Assembly (NCBI GenBank): GCA_009692115.1
Contig: SHZU01000003.1
Span: forward strand, 35,079 to 99,078
Source of the DNA: Gemmatimonadota bacterium
Lineage (GTDB): Bacteria; Gemmatimonadota; Gemmatimonadetes; Gemmatimonadales; GWC2-71-9
Reading direction: 5' to 3'
Length of the DNA stretch: 64,000 nt
Positions 55,220-63,183 of this stretch are shown here, piece after piece. Made by a program: the position numbers and the translations under genes. Under the pieces are notes generated by a model. The model saw only the letters and a list, made by a program, of their open reading frames with translations, searched no databases and was not told the origin of the DNA. Every line of letters begins with the position of its first letter. The first letter of the stretch is position 1.

Positions 55220-55750
55220 ATGATAGCCGAGACGGATGACGACCTGGTGACCTCGTTCTGTGCCGGGGAGGCATTGGCGGCCGACGAATTGGTCCGGCGC
55301 CATGCGACCTCCCTTGGTCGGTTTCTCTACTCGAACGGGGCCCCCGAATCCGACGTCGAGGACTTGGTTCAGGAGGCGTTCTTCAAAGCGTTCCGAGCCC
55401 TGCCCGGCTGGCGGCGGGAGGCCTCGTTCAAGAGCTGGTTGTTCCGGATTGGCGCGAACTTGAATCGAGACCAGTTCCGCCGCCGGAAGGGGCGGGAGAC
55501 GGTTCCGATCGAGGATCATGATGTGGTCGATGGGTCTGACCCCGAGGGCGAGTCGGGTGCCGCCGACATTGAACGGCGGCTGCGGGCCGAGTTGGACCGG
55601 CTGCCGCGACTGCAGCGAGAGGTGTTCTTGCTGCGAGCCCAACAAGGCATGGAGTACGACCAGATCAGCAGCACGTTAGGCACGACGCCGGGGGCCGCCC
55701 GGGTCCACTACCATCATGCGGTAAAACGGTTGAAGGAGACGGTCCAATGA
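55220..55750 (+). CDS. ECF (group 4) RNA polymerase sigma factor
   Basis: Region 2 (DVEDLVQEAFFKAFRAL...SWLFRIGANLNRD) and region 4 (LPRLQREVFLLRAQQGMEYDQISSTLGTTPGAARVHYHHAVKRLK). Confidence 0.9.
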   Translation: MIAETDDDLVTSFCAGEALAADELVRRHATSLGRFLYSNGAPESDVEDLVQEAFFKAFRALPGWRREASFKSWLFRIGANLNRDQFRRRKGRETVPIEDHDVVDGSDPEGESGAADIERRLRAELDRLPRLQREVFLLRAQQGMEYDQISSTLGTTPGAARVHYHHAVKRLKETVQ

Positions 55751-56256
55751 CGCCGTGCGAACTACTCTCCGACCGGATGGCCAAGGTGGCTGCCGGAGAT
55801 GCCGGGTGGACCGCCGACGAGGCCGGCCACTTGGCGGCCTGCGCCGATTGCGCGGCGGAATGGCGGTTGCAAAGCGCCGCCGGCCACCTGGGCCGGCGGC
55901 TTCCGCCGCTCGATCCGGCCCGAATCGTGACCCGGTTGCACCAGGAGCTGGCCACGGACCGGCCGGAGGTGGTTCCGCTGACCCGGCGGGGTCCGGTGCG
56001 GTGGGCCCTCGGGCTGGCGGCGGCGGCCTTGATTCTGGCCGTTCGGATGGTCGGTCCCTCGGGCGGTTCCGGGCCGGCGGACTCCGCCGTCCCGGGCGGC
56101 GTGTTGAGTGAGTTGGACGACCTGAGCGGCCAAGAATTGGCCTCGGTACTCGAAGTGATTGAAGTAGACCGCCCGGGGCCCTCGGTCGAGGAGCCGGGCC
56201 TCGGTGATTTGACGGCCGATGAGTGGGAGCGTTTGCTCCGAAACTGGGAGGGTTGA
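55747..56256 (+). CDS. zinc-binding anti-sigma factor (ZAS, HxxxCxxC), single-pass membrane
   Basis: ATGA overlap with the sigma gene. ZAS motif HLAACADC and one TM segment (WALGLAAAALILAV). Confidence 0.7.
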   Translation: MTPCELLSDRMAKVAAGDAGWTADEAGHLAACADCAAEWRLQSAAGHLGRRLPPLDPARIVTRLHQELATDRPEVVPLTRRGPVRWALGLAAAALILAVRMVGPSGGSGPADSAVPGGVLSELDDLSGQELASVLEVIEVDRPGPSVEEPGLGDLTADEWERLLRNWEG

Positions 56257-56259
56257 GGA

Positions 56260-56775
56260 ATGATCAAGTGGGTAGTGGTTCTCGCGACGCTGGCGGCGGG
56301 GTTCGCCGGCCGGCTGCCGGCTCAGGACACGGCCGTCGCCGGGCCGATGGCGGAACGGCTCCGCCAACAGATCGAAGTCCGGTTTGGGGAGCGACTCTCC
56401 GAAGAATTGGGACTCACCGATGGCCAATCGGTCAAGGTCCGCGGCATCTTGGCCACCTGGGCCGTGAAACGGCGGAATCTGGAGCGGGAGGATCGCCAGC
56501 AGCGAGCGGAATTGTCGGCCGCGATGCGGCCCGGGGTGGCCGCCAACGATCAGGCGGTGTCGCGCCTCGTCGATGCGATCTTGGCCACCCGCGGCGCCAT
56601 GGTCCAGACCTTCCGGGACGAGATGGCCGAACTCGGGACCGTCTTGAGTCCGGTGCAGCGGGCCCAGTACCTGCTGCTCCGCGATCGGCTTCTCCAGCGG
56701 GTTCAAGAGCTCCGCCAGGAACGGCAGGCCGAGGGCGGTCGGCCGCCACTTGCCCGGCGGCTCCGGCCCCGCTAA
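56260..56775 (+). CDS. periplasmic Spy/CpxP-family (LTxxQ) protein
   Basis: Signal peptide. Two LTxxQ-type motifs (LTDGQ, LSPVQ) in a helical charged protein. Typical third gene of ECF envelope-stress operons. Confidence 0.62.
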   Translation: MIKWVVVLATLAAGFAGRLPAQDTAVAGPMAERLRQQIEVRFGERLSEELGLTDGQSVKVRGILATWAVKRRNLEREDRQQRAELSAAMRPGVAANDQAVSRLVDAILATRGAMVQTFRDEMAELGTVLSPVQRAQYLLLRDRLLQRVQELRQERQAEGGRPPLARRLRPR

Positions 56776-56791
56776 ACCCCGCCTCGGCTCC

Positions 56792-56821
56792 CTCCCCATC
56801 CCGGGGGGAGACTATTAAATT
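56792..56821 (+). terminator. hairpin plus A/T-rich tail between the sigma module and nfeD
   Basis: CTCCCC-atcccgg-GGGGAG followed by ACTATTAAATT. Confidence 0.3.
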
Positions 56822-56849
56822 GGTGCGGTCCACTTCAATGGAGTGAACG

Positions 56850-58178
56850 GTGCGGTCTGTCCTTCTGATCGGGTTGCTGCTGGCGGTTCCTTCCGCCCGA
56901 TCGGGATTAACCCAGAAACAGCTGGTGTATCGGATTCCGATCACCGGGACGATCGAAAATGGGCTCGCGCCGTATGTGGCGAGGGTGTTGGCCGCGGCCA
57001 AGGCGGCCGGCGCCGAGGCGGCGGTGTTGGACATCGACACGCCCGGCGGGCGGATCGACGCGGCCCAACGGATCGTTGACGCCGTGCGGGGCGCTGGGCT
57101 GCCGGTGTACGCCTTCGTCAATCCACGGGCCTATAGCGCGGGGGCTATGATCGCTCTTGCCGCCGAGGGGATCTACATGGCCCCGGGTGGCGTGATCGGC
57201 GCCGCCACCCCAGTCGACGGGCAGGGCACGAAGGCGTCGGAGAAGATCGTGAGTGCCATGCGCGGTGAGTTCCGGGCACTCGCGGAAGCCCGCCAACTCG
57301 ACCCGACGGTGGCCGAAGCCATGGTCGACGAGTCGATCGAGATTCCCGGCGTCAAGCCGGCGGGGAAACTCTTGACGCTGACCACCGATGAGGCCGTGCG
57401 GCTCGGCTACGCCAAATCCGTGGTGACCGATTTGCCAGCCCTGCTCGCGGCGGTGGGCCTCCCGGGGGCCAGGGTCACCTCGATCGAGCTCAACTGGGCC
57501 GAACTCGCCGTCCGATTTTTGACCAGCCCGCTGGTATCCCCGCTGCTGTTGTCGTTGGGGATGCTCGGTCTGATCTTTGAAATCAAAGCAGGGCATTTCG
57601 GACTCGGTGCCGTGGCGAGCTTGACCTCACTCGGGCTGTTCTTCGGGAGCGGGATGATCCTCGGACTGGCCGGTTGGGAGGAAGTCCTTCTGCTGGCCCT
57701 CGGTTTCGTGGCGCTCGGGGTCGAGGCCCTAATCCTGCCGGGCTTCGGCGTGGCGGGGATCATTGGGCTCGGGTTGGTGTCGACATCGATCATCCTGGCG
57801 TTGGTCGGCACCGCGCCGACCGGGGGCGACTTGGTGCAGGCCGGGGCCATTCTCGTGACGGCCCTGGTCATCACGGCGTCGGTGCTCTTTGTCTGGATCC
57901 GACACATCCCCCACAGTACCCGATTCCGGAAGGTCATGCTGCGGGACGGACATGCCGCGGTCGATGGGTATGTCGCGGCCCCGACCCGGGGCGACTTGGT
58001 GGGGCAATCCGGTACCGCGGTGACCGACCTTCGGCCGTCGGGCGCCGCCGTGATTGGCGACGAGCGGCTCGATGTCGTCACCGAGGGGGAGTATGTCGCC
58101 GCTGGGGCACCGGTCACGGTGCTTCGCTCGGACGGCTATCGGCACATCGTACGCGCAGTCAAGGTTTTGACGAATTGA
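56850..58178 (+). CDS. nfeD: NfeD-family membrane-bound ClpP-class serine protease (long form)
   Basis: GTG start. ClpP-like N-domain (DIDTPGGRIDAA...AYSAGAMIALA), central TM block and C-terminal NfeD OB-fold (GTAVTDLRPSGAAVIGDERLDVVTEGEYV). Confidence 0.8.
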   Translation: MRSVLLIGLLLAVPSARSGLTQKQLVYRIPITGTIENGLAPYVARVLAAAKAAGAEAAVLDIDTPGGRIDAAQRIVDAVRGAGLPVYAFVNPRAYSAGAMIALAAEGIYMAPGGVIGAATPVDGQGTKASEKIVSAMRGEFRALAEARQLDPTVAEAMVDESIEIPGVKPAGKLLTLTTDEAVRLGYAKSVVTDLPALLAAVGLPGARVTSIELNWAELAVRFLTSPLVSPLLLSLGMLGLIFEIKAGHFGLGAVASLTSLGLFFGSGMILGLAGWEEVLLLALGFVALGVEALILPGFGVAGIIGLGLVSTSIILALVGTAPTGGDLVQAGAILVTALVITASVLFVWIRHIPHSTRFRKVMLRDGHAAVDGYVAAPTRGDLVGQSGTAVTDLRPSGAAVIGDERLDVVTEGEYVAAGAPVTVLRSDGYRHIVRAVKVLTN

Positions 58179-58211
58179 TCCAGCCTTTATCTCAACTTTG
58201 CGGGGGCATGA

Positions 58212-59210
58212 GTGAATACGGATAATCTCCAGCTCGGGCTGGTCGTGGCGCTGTTGGTCGGCGGCATGATCGTCTTGTCGATCTTCTTCCGGTTCGTTCC
58301 GATCGGACTCTGGTTCCAGGCCTTGGTGTCCGGGGTCAAGATTTCCTTTCTGCAGCTGTTCTTCATGCGGTTTCGGAAAGTCGACCCCGCTTCGATCGTG
58401 AATCCCTTGGTCAATTCCCACAAGGCGGGGCTAGTCCTGACGGCCGACCAGCTGGAGTCGCACTATCTCTCGGGCGGGAACGTGACCCGGGTGGTCAACG
58501 CCTTGATCTCGGCGGAAAAAGCCGGCATCGCGCTCGATTTCAAGCAAGCCACCGCCATCGACCTGGCCGGCCGCGACGTGTTCGAGGCGGTGCAGGTGAG
58601 CGTCAATCCGAAAGTCATCACGACGCCGAAGGTGGCGGCGATGGCCAAAGACGGCATTCAGTTGCTGGCGATTGCGAGGGTAACGGTCCGGGCCAACATC
58701 AATCGGCTGGTCGGCGGTGCCGGTGAAGAGACCATCCTGGCCCGGGTCGGCGAGGGCATCGTCAGTACCATCGGCTCCGCCGCCAGCCACAAGGCGGTGC
58801 TCGAGCAGCCGGATATGATCTCGAAGACGGTGCTGGCCAAGGGACTCGACGCCGGAACGGCGTTTGAAATCCTGTCGATCGACATCGCCGACGTCGACGT
58901 CGGTAAGAACATCGGCGCCGAGTTGCAGACCGACCAAGCCGAGGCCGATAAGCGAATTGCGCAAGCTAAGGCGGAGGAGCGCCGCACCTTGGCGGTGGCG
59001 ATGGAGCAAGAGTACAAGGCCTTGGTGCAAAAGGAGCGGGCCAACTTGGTCGCTGCCGAGGCGCAGATTCCGCTCGCCATGGCCGATGCGCTTCGGAAGG
59101 GTAACCTCGGAGTCATGGACTACCAGCGGTACCGGAACATGGAGGCCGATACCCAGATGCGGCATTCAATCGCGGGCCCTCAGGACGCGGGCCCGGCCGG
59201 GTCGATCTAG
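58212..59210 (+). CDS. floA: flotillin-like protein FloA (SPFH domain, YqfA/UPF0365 family)
   Basis: Motifs [32 protein letters not shown] and [23 protein letters not shown]...AIDLAGRDV, highly characteristic of FloA. Confidence 0.85.
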   Translation: MNTDNLQLGLVVALLVGGMIVLSIFFRFVPIGLWFQALVSGVKISFLQLFFMRFRKVDPASIVNPLVNSHKAGLVLTADQLESHYLSGGNVTRVVNALISAEKAGIALDFKQATAIDLAGRDVFEAVQVSVNPKVITTPKVAAMAKDGIQLLAIARVTVRANINRLVGGAGEETILARVGEGIVSTIGSAASHKAVLEQPDMISKTVLAKGLDAGTAFEILSIDIADVDVGKNIGAELQTDQAEADKRIAQAKAEERRTLAVAMEQEYKALVQKERANLVAAEAQIPLAMADALRKGNLGVMDYQRYRNMEADTQMRHSIAGPQDAGPAGSI

Positions 59211-59213
59211 TCG

Positions 59214-59744
59214 ATGGGCGAGATTCTTCTTCTGGTCGTCTTGTTTGTGGTCGGCGGCCTGCTCCAGGCCGCCGGCAAGCGACGGCGTCAGGGTGCCGAG
59301 GGGCCGACCTTGCCGCCGACTGGGCTGGAGCCGTCACGGGAGTCGGGCGGCATGCTGGCCGAGATCCAGAAGGCGCTCGCAGAGATGAAACGAGCGAATG
59401 AGGCGGCCACCTTCTACAGCCTGGATGAGGACGAGGTGGAGGCCGTCACTCGTGAAGTCGAATCCGAAGTTCGGAACCTCGATGACGTGGCGCCCCGGCC
59501 GGCCCGGGTCACCGTCGTTCAAGACGACGCGATCGAGGCGCTCACCGCGAAACGAGCCGAATGGGCCGAGACACGGTCCCGGTCCCACACGAAGGCCGAC
59601 CACCGGGCGTTCGATGCGAAGATCCGGGCGGTGGAGCCGGTGCTACCTGCCGGTCCGGACCGGGCGGCAGCACTCCGCCGGATGATCGTGTGGCACGAGG
59701 TGCTCGGAAAGCCGGTGGCCCTCCGGCGCCCGGAAGACGGCTAG
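59214..59744 (+). CDS. single-pass membrane protein, unknown function (occupies the yqfB position of the NfeD-FloA operon)
   Basis: Starts 3 nt after the floA stop. N-terminal TM segment (ILLLVVLFVVGGLL) followed by a charged soluble region. Confidence 0.5.
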   Translation: MGEILLLVVLFVVGGLLQAAGKRRRQGAEGPTLPPTGLEPSRESGGMLAEIQKALAEMKRANEAATFYSLDEDEVEAVTREVESEVRNLDDVAPRPARVTVVQDDAIEALTAKRAEWAETRSRSHTKADHRAFDAKIRAVEPVLPAGPDRAAALRRMIVWHEVLGKPVALRRPEDG

Positions 59745-59826
59745 CGGTTACCGGAAGGTCCGAAATGCTTGGGGCGATTGTAGCGGCTTGCCTGGCCCGC
59801 GGGGGAGACCCATATTCGGGGCCGTT

Positions 59827-59909
59827 GCCCGAGTGGCGGAATGGCAGACGCAGTGGACTCAAAATCCACCGGGGGCAACCCCGTGCGAGTTCGACTCTCG
59901 CCTCGGGCA
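59827..59909 (+). tRNA. tRNA-Leu (anticodon CAA), long variable arm, CCA not encoded
   Basis: GCCCGAG acceptor stem paired with CTCGGGC. Anticodon loop CTCAAAA (CAA at 59860-59862). Variable arm GGGGGCAACCCC. T-arm GCGAGTTCGACTCTCGC. Confidence 0.9.
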
Positions 59910-60074
59910 TTTCGTAGCCAAAGTTCGCGGCCGCCGGGCCGCCCTATCAGCAGCGCCCTTGCGTATTTTCCGCGATACCATAAGGTTTATACTGTATACC
60001 AATTCGGTAACACGTATATAGTCGATCGCTTATAGCTTCGATTCGCAGTTCCCCCTCGTTCGGAGAACGCCCGT

Positions 60075-63000
60075 ATGGGTAATCGCTTCGCTCAAGCGCT
60101 ACGTCGAGTAGCGTCTTGCTTGGTTGGGCTTGCCGTGGTCGCCACGCCATTCGCTCGGCCGGTTTTGTCCCAGGCCGCCGGTGCGGTCACCGGCACGGTC
60201 ACCGACAGCAAGTCCGGTCGGCCGCTCGCCGATGCGCTGATCGCGGTGCAGGGAACGCCGGCAGGCGCCCGGTCCGGCACCCGCGGTGAATTCCGATTGG
60301 CCACCACGGCTACCGGTACCCTCACGCTCAACATCACCCGGATTGGCTTCAAGCCGACAACGGCCCAGGCCACGGTCGGCGGGGAGGCCATTCGGGTCGA
60401 GCTCACCGAGTTGGTCGTGAAACTCGACGAGTTGATCGTCACGGGTACGGTCGGTGATGCGCAGCAGCGCTCCCTCGGCAATGCCATCGGCCGGGTATCG
60501 GTAGCCGAGGTCACCAAGATCGCTCCGCCCTCGAAGCTCCAGGACATGCTGTCGGTCAACGTCCCGGGCGTCCGAATCATTCGGGCTTCCGGGGCGATTG
60601 GCTCCGGCGGCACCACCCGGATCCGCGGCTCGGGCAGCTTGAGCTTAGCGAACCAGCCGCTGATCTACGTCGACGGGGTCCGGGTCAACAACGCGGACGC
60701 GGCGTTCAGCGACGCGTTCGGCGGGCAGGAATCGCCGTCGCGGATCAACGACTTGAACCCCGAAGAGATCGAGTCGATCGAGGTCCTGAAAGGTCCCTCG
60801 GCCGCGACGATCTACGGTACTGAGGCGTCGAACGGGGTGATCCAGGTCATCACCAAGCGGGGCCGGGCGGGCCGGCCGACGGTCGACTTCCACGCCGATG
60901 CCGGAGTCAACTGGCTGCAGAACCCGGTTGGCCGCTACGCGTCCAACTACTACTACAGCCAGGTCGACAAGAAGGTCAAAGAGTTCAACGTTCTCCAGCA
61001 CAACATTGACAAGGGACTCGGCACCCCGTTCTCTAATGGTACGCCGTTGGCCGCCGGCGCCTCGCTCTCTGGCGGGACCGACCAGCTGCGCTACTTCTTT
61101 TCGACCGATTTCAATCGCGACGAGGGGAGTGTCGACTACAACTGGCAGAACAAGTACTCGGCCCGGGCCAACGTCAGCTACACTTCGTCGAACGACAAGT
61201 TCAAAGTGGACTTCAGCATGGGCCAGGTGCGCTCGAAGTTGCAGGGAGCCTCGGGGTTCCAGCCGATCACCACCTCGATCCTCTGGGCCTGTAACTTCCC
61301 GGGGTGCGAGCCGAACCCGTCCGACCCGAACCACACCGGGTACAACGACGCGGGCCACGGCTACCAGTATTATCGGCCGGAGGACTACAGCATGGTCCGC
61401 GGGTTCGATAACATCGACCGGACCACGCTGAGCCTCAAGTTCACCCACCGGCCGTACTCCTGGCTCCGTCAGTCCCTGACCGTCGGCCCGGACTTTGTGA
61501 ACAACAAGTCCTCGCTCGAGGTGGAGCTGAACAGCGAGCCCCGGCGGCCGTTCTTCAGCTACAGCAACGGCGTCAAAAACTCCACCCAGCAACGGTCGAC
61601 CTTCGTCACCCTCGATTACGCGCTGTCCGGCGACTGGAACATCAGCAAGAACCTGGTCTCCACGACGGCGGTTGGCGCGCAGTACTACACCAAAGAGTTC
61701 GATTTCGTCCGCGGCACCGGCGAAAACTTCTCGATTCCGGGCGGCGGCAACATCTCGAGTGCGGCGCAGATCGGGGCCTCGGAAGGGTTCCAGCAAAACA
61801 AGACCGTCGGCGTGTACGCGCAACAACAGTTGGCCTTTAAGAACCGGTTGTTCATCACCGGTGCCGTCCGGGCTGACGACAACAGCGCCTTCGGTAACAA
61901 CTTCAACCTGGTCTACTATCCCAAGTTCAGCGCGTCCTGGGTCGCCTCGGAAGAGCCATTCCTCCGGGATTCCAAGATCTTCTCGCAGCTCAAACTGCGG
62001 GGCGCCTGGGGCCGGGCCGGTCAGCAGCCGGATGTGTTCTCGGCAATCCAGACCTACCAGGCTAAGGTCGGCAGCGGGGGCCTCGGTGGGATTTCGCCGC
62101 AGAACTTCGGAAACCCGGACCTCAAGCCGGAAATCGGCGAAGAGTATGAGACCGGGTTTGACGCCGGTCTCTTCAATCAGCGGATCGGGATCGAGTTCAC
62201 CTACTATAACAAAGACGTCAAGGACGCGATCCTCTCGCTGCCGCTCCGGCCGTCGCGCGGGTTCCCAGGCAACCAGTTCCTCAACATCGGGAAGACCCGG
62301 AACCGCGGCATCGAAATCGGGATCGACGGATCGGTGATTCAGTCCAAGAATTTCGGGCTTGACCTCCGGGCCACCCTGGCCACGAACAGTTCGTTGATCC
62401 TCGATATGGGCGGCACACCGCCGGCGTTCGTGGGGGGTTCGTTCATCCAGCAGTACAACGTCCAAGGCTTCGCGCCGAGCAGCTTCTTCTTCCCGAAAGT
62501 TGTGAGCTCCGACATCCAGACCATCAATATTGGGATACCGCTACCGCTCGGGTTCAACGTTAAGTGCGAGGGTGGTACGGATCTCGGGCTCGGCAATGGG
62601 ACCGTGGTTCCCTGTGCCGGGGCCCCGCGCCTCTATGCCGGCCGCCCGACCCCGAGCTGGAACGGCAGCTTCAGCGCCACCTTCACGATCGGGAAGCGGC
62701 TCCGGATTCTCGGCTTGGTTGACGCGCTCGGTGGCAACACCGTCCTCGTCGGCGACATTGCCGCCATCCACTCGTTCTTCTTGAGCTCGAAGCAAATCCT
62801 GGAAGGCACCGACCAGGTCCTGTCGGGGTACGTTGGCCTCGAGATCCTCCAGGGCGATGGCAACAGCATTGGGGCAACCGGTCTGACCAAGGGTGGTTTT
62901 GCCCGATTGCGAACGGTCTCGGCGTCGTATGACTTCCCCAATAGCATCGCGAAGTTCTTCGGAGCCTCGCGGGGGTCCTTGACGCTGGCGGCCGAGAACA

Positions 63001-63164
63001 TGGCGTTGCTATGGCGGGCGCAGAAGGAAGTCTTCGGGGTCAAGTGGATCGACCCGGAAATCACCCCGAACCGTAACGGGGACACCACCGGCAACTTTGG
63101 CTATACCCAAGAGTCGTGGCCGCAGATGGCGCGGATTCGCACCACCGTCCGATTCACCTTCTAA
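60075..63164 (+). CDS. SusC/RagA-like TonB-dependent outer-membrane receptor
   Basis: Signal peptide. CarboxypepD_reg-like domain (VTGTVTDSKSGRPLADALI), plug (GPSAATIYGTEASNGVIQVITKRG), long beta-barrel and C-terminal ...VRFTF. 1029 aa. Confidence 0.85.
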   Translation: MGNRFAQALRRVASCLVGLAVVATPFARPVLSQAAGAVTGTVTDSKSGRPLADALIAVQGTPAGARSGTRGEFRLATTATGTLTLNITRIGFKPTTAQATVGGEAIRVELTELVVKLDELIVTGTVGDAQQRSLGNAIGRVSVAEVTKIAPPSKLQDMLSVNVPGVRIIRASGAIGSGGTTRIRGSGSLSLANQPLIYVDGVRVNNADAAFSDAFGGQESPSRINDLNPEEIESIEVLKGPSAATIYGTEASNGVIQVITKRGRAGRPTVDFHADAGVNWLQNPVGRYASNYYYSQVDKKVKEFNVLQHNIDKGLGTPFSNGTPLAAGASLSGGTDQLRYFFSTDFNRDEGSVDYNWQNKYSARANVSYTSSNDKFKVDFSMGQVRSKLQGASGFQPITTSILWACNFPGCEPNPSDPNHTGYNDAGHGYQYYRPEDYSMVRGFDNIDRTTLSLKFTHRPYSWLRQSLTVGPDFVNNKSSLEVELNSEPRRPFFSYSNGVKNSTQQRSTFVTLDYALSGDWNISKNLVSTTAVGAQYYTKEFDFVRGTGENFSIPGGGNISSAAQIGASEGFQQNKTVGVYAQQQLAFKNRLFITGAVRADDNSAFGNNFNLVYYPKFSASWVASEEPFLRDSKIFSQLKLRGAWGRAGQQPDVFSAIQTYQAKVGSGGLGGISPQNFGNPDLKPEIGEEYETGFDAGLFNQRIGIEFTYYNKDVKDAILSLPLRPSRGFPGNQFLNIGKTRNRGIEIGIDGSVIQSKNFGLDLRATLATNSSLILDMGGTPPAFVGGSFIQQYNVQGFAPSSFFFPKVVSSDIQTINIGIPLPLGFNVKCEGGTDLGLGNGTVVPCAGAPRLYAGRPTPSWNGSFSATFTIGKRLRILGLVDALGGNTVLVGDIAAIHSFFLSSKQILEGTDQVLSGYVGLEILQGDGNSIGATGLTKGGFARLRTVSASYDFPNSIAKFFGASRGSLTLAAENMALLWRAQKEVFGVKWIDPEITPNRNGDTTGNFGYTQESWPQMARIRTTVRFTF

Positions 63165-63183
63165 CGGCGACTACCACACGGAG

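Noticed and set aside
6526-59753. Apparent recurrence of GGTTACC (BstEII-like site) at about 6526, 7397, 7745, 28579, 43458, 50627 and 59747.
   Set aside because: My count of about 7-8 is roughly what base composition predicts for 64 kb on both strands, so there is no enrichment.
59950-60074. TACTGTATA upstream of the SusC-like gene resembles half of an E. coli-type SOS box.
   Set aside because: There is no matching ACAG half-site 8 nt away. The lexA promoter in this window shows a different (direct-repeat) word.
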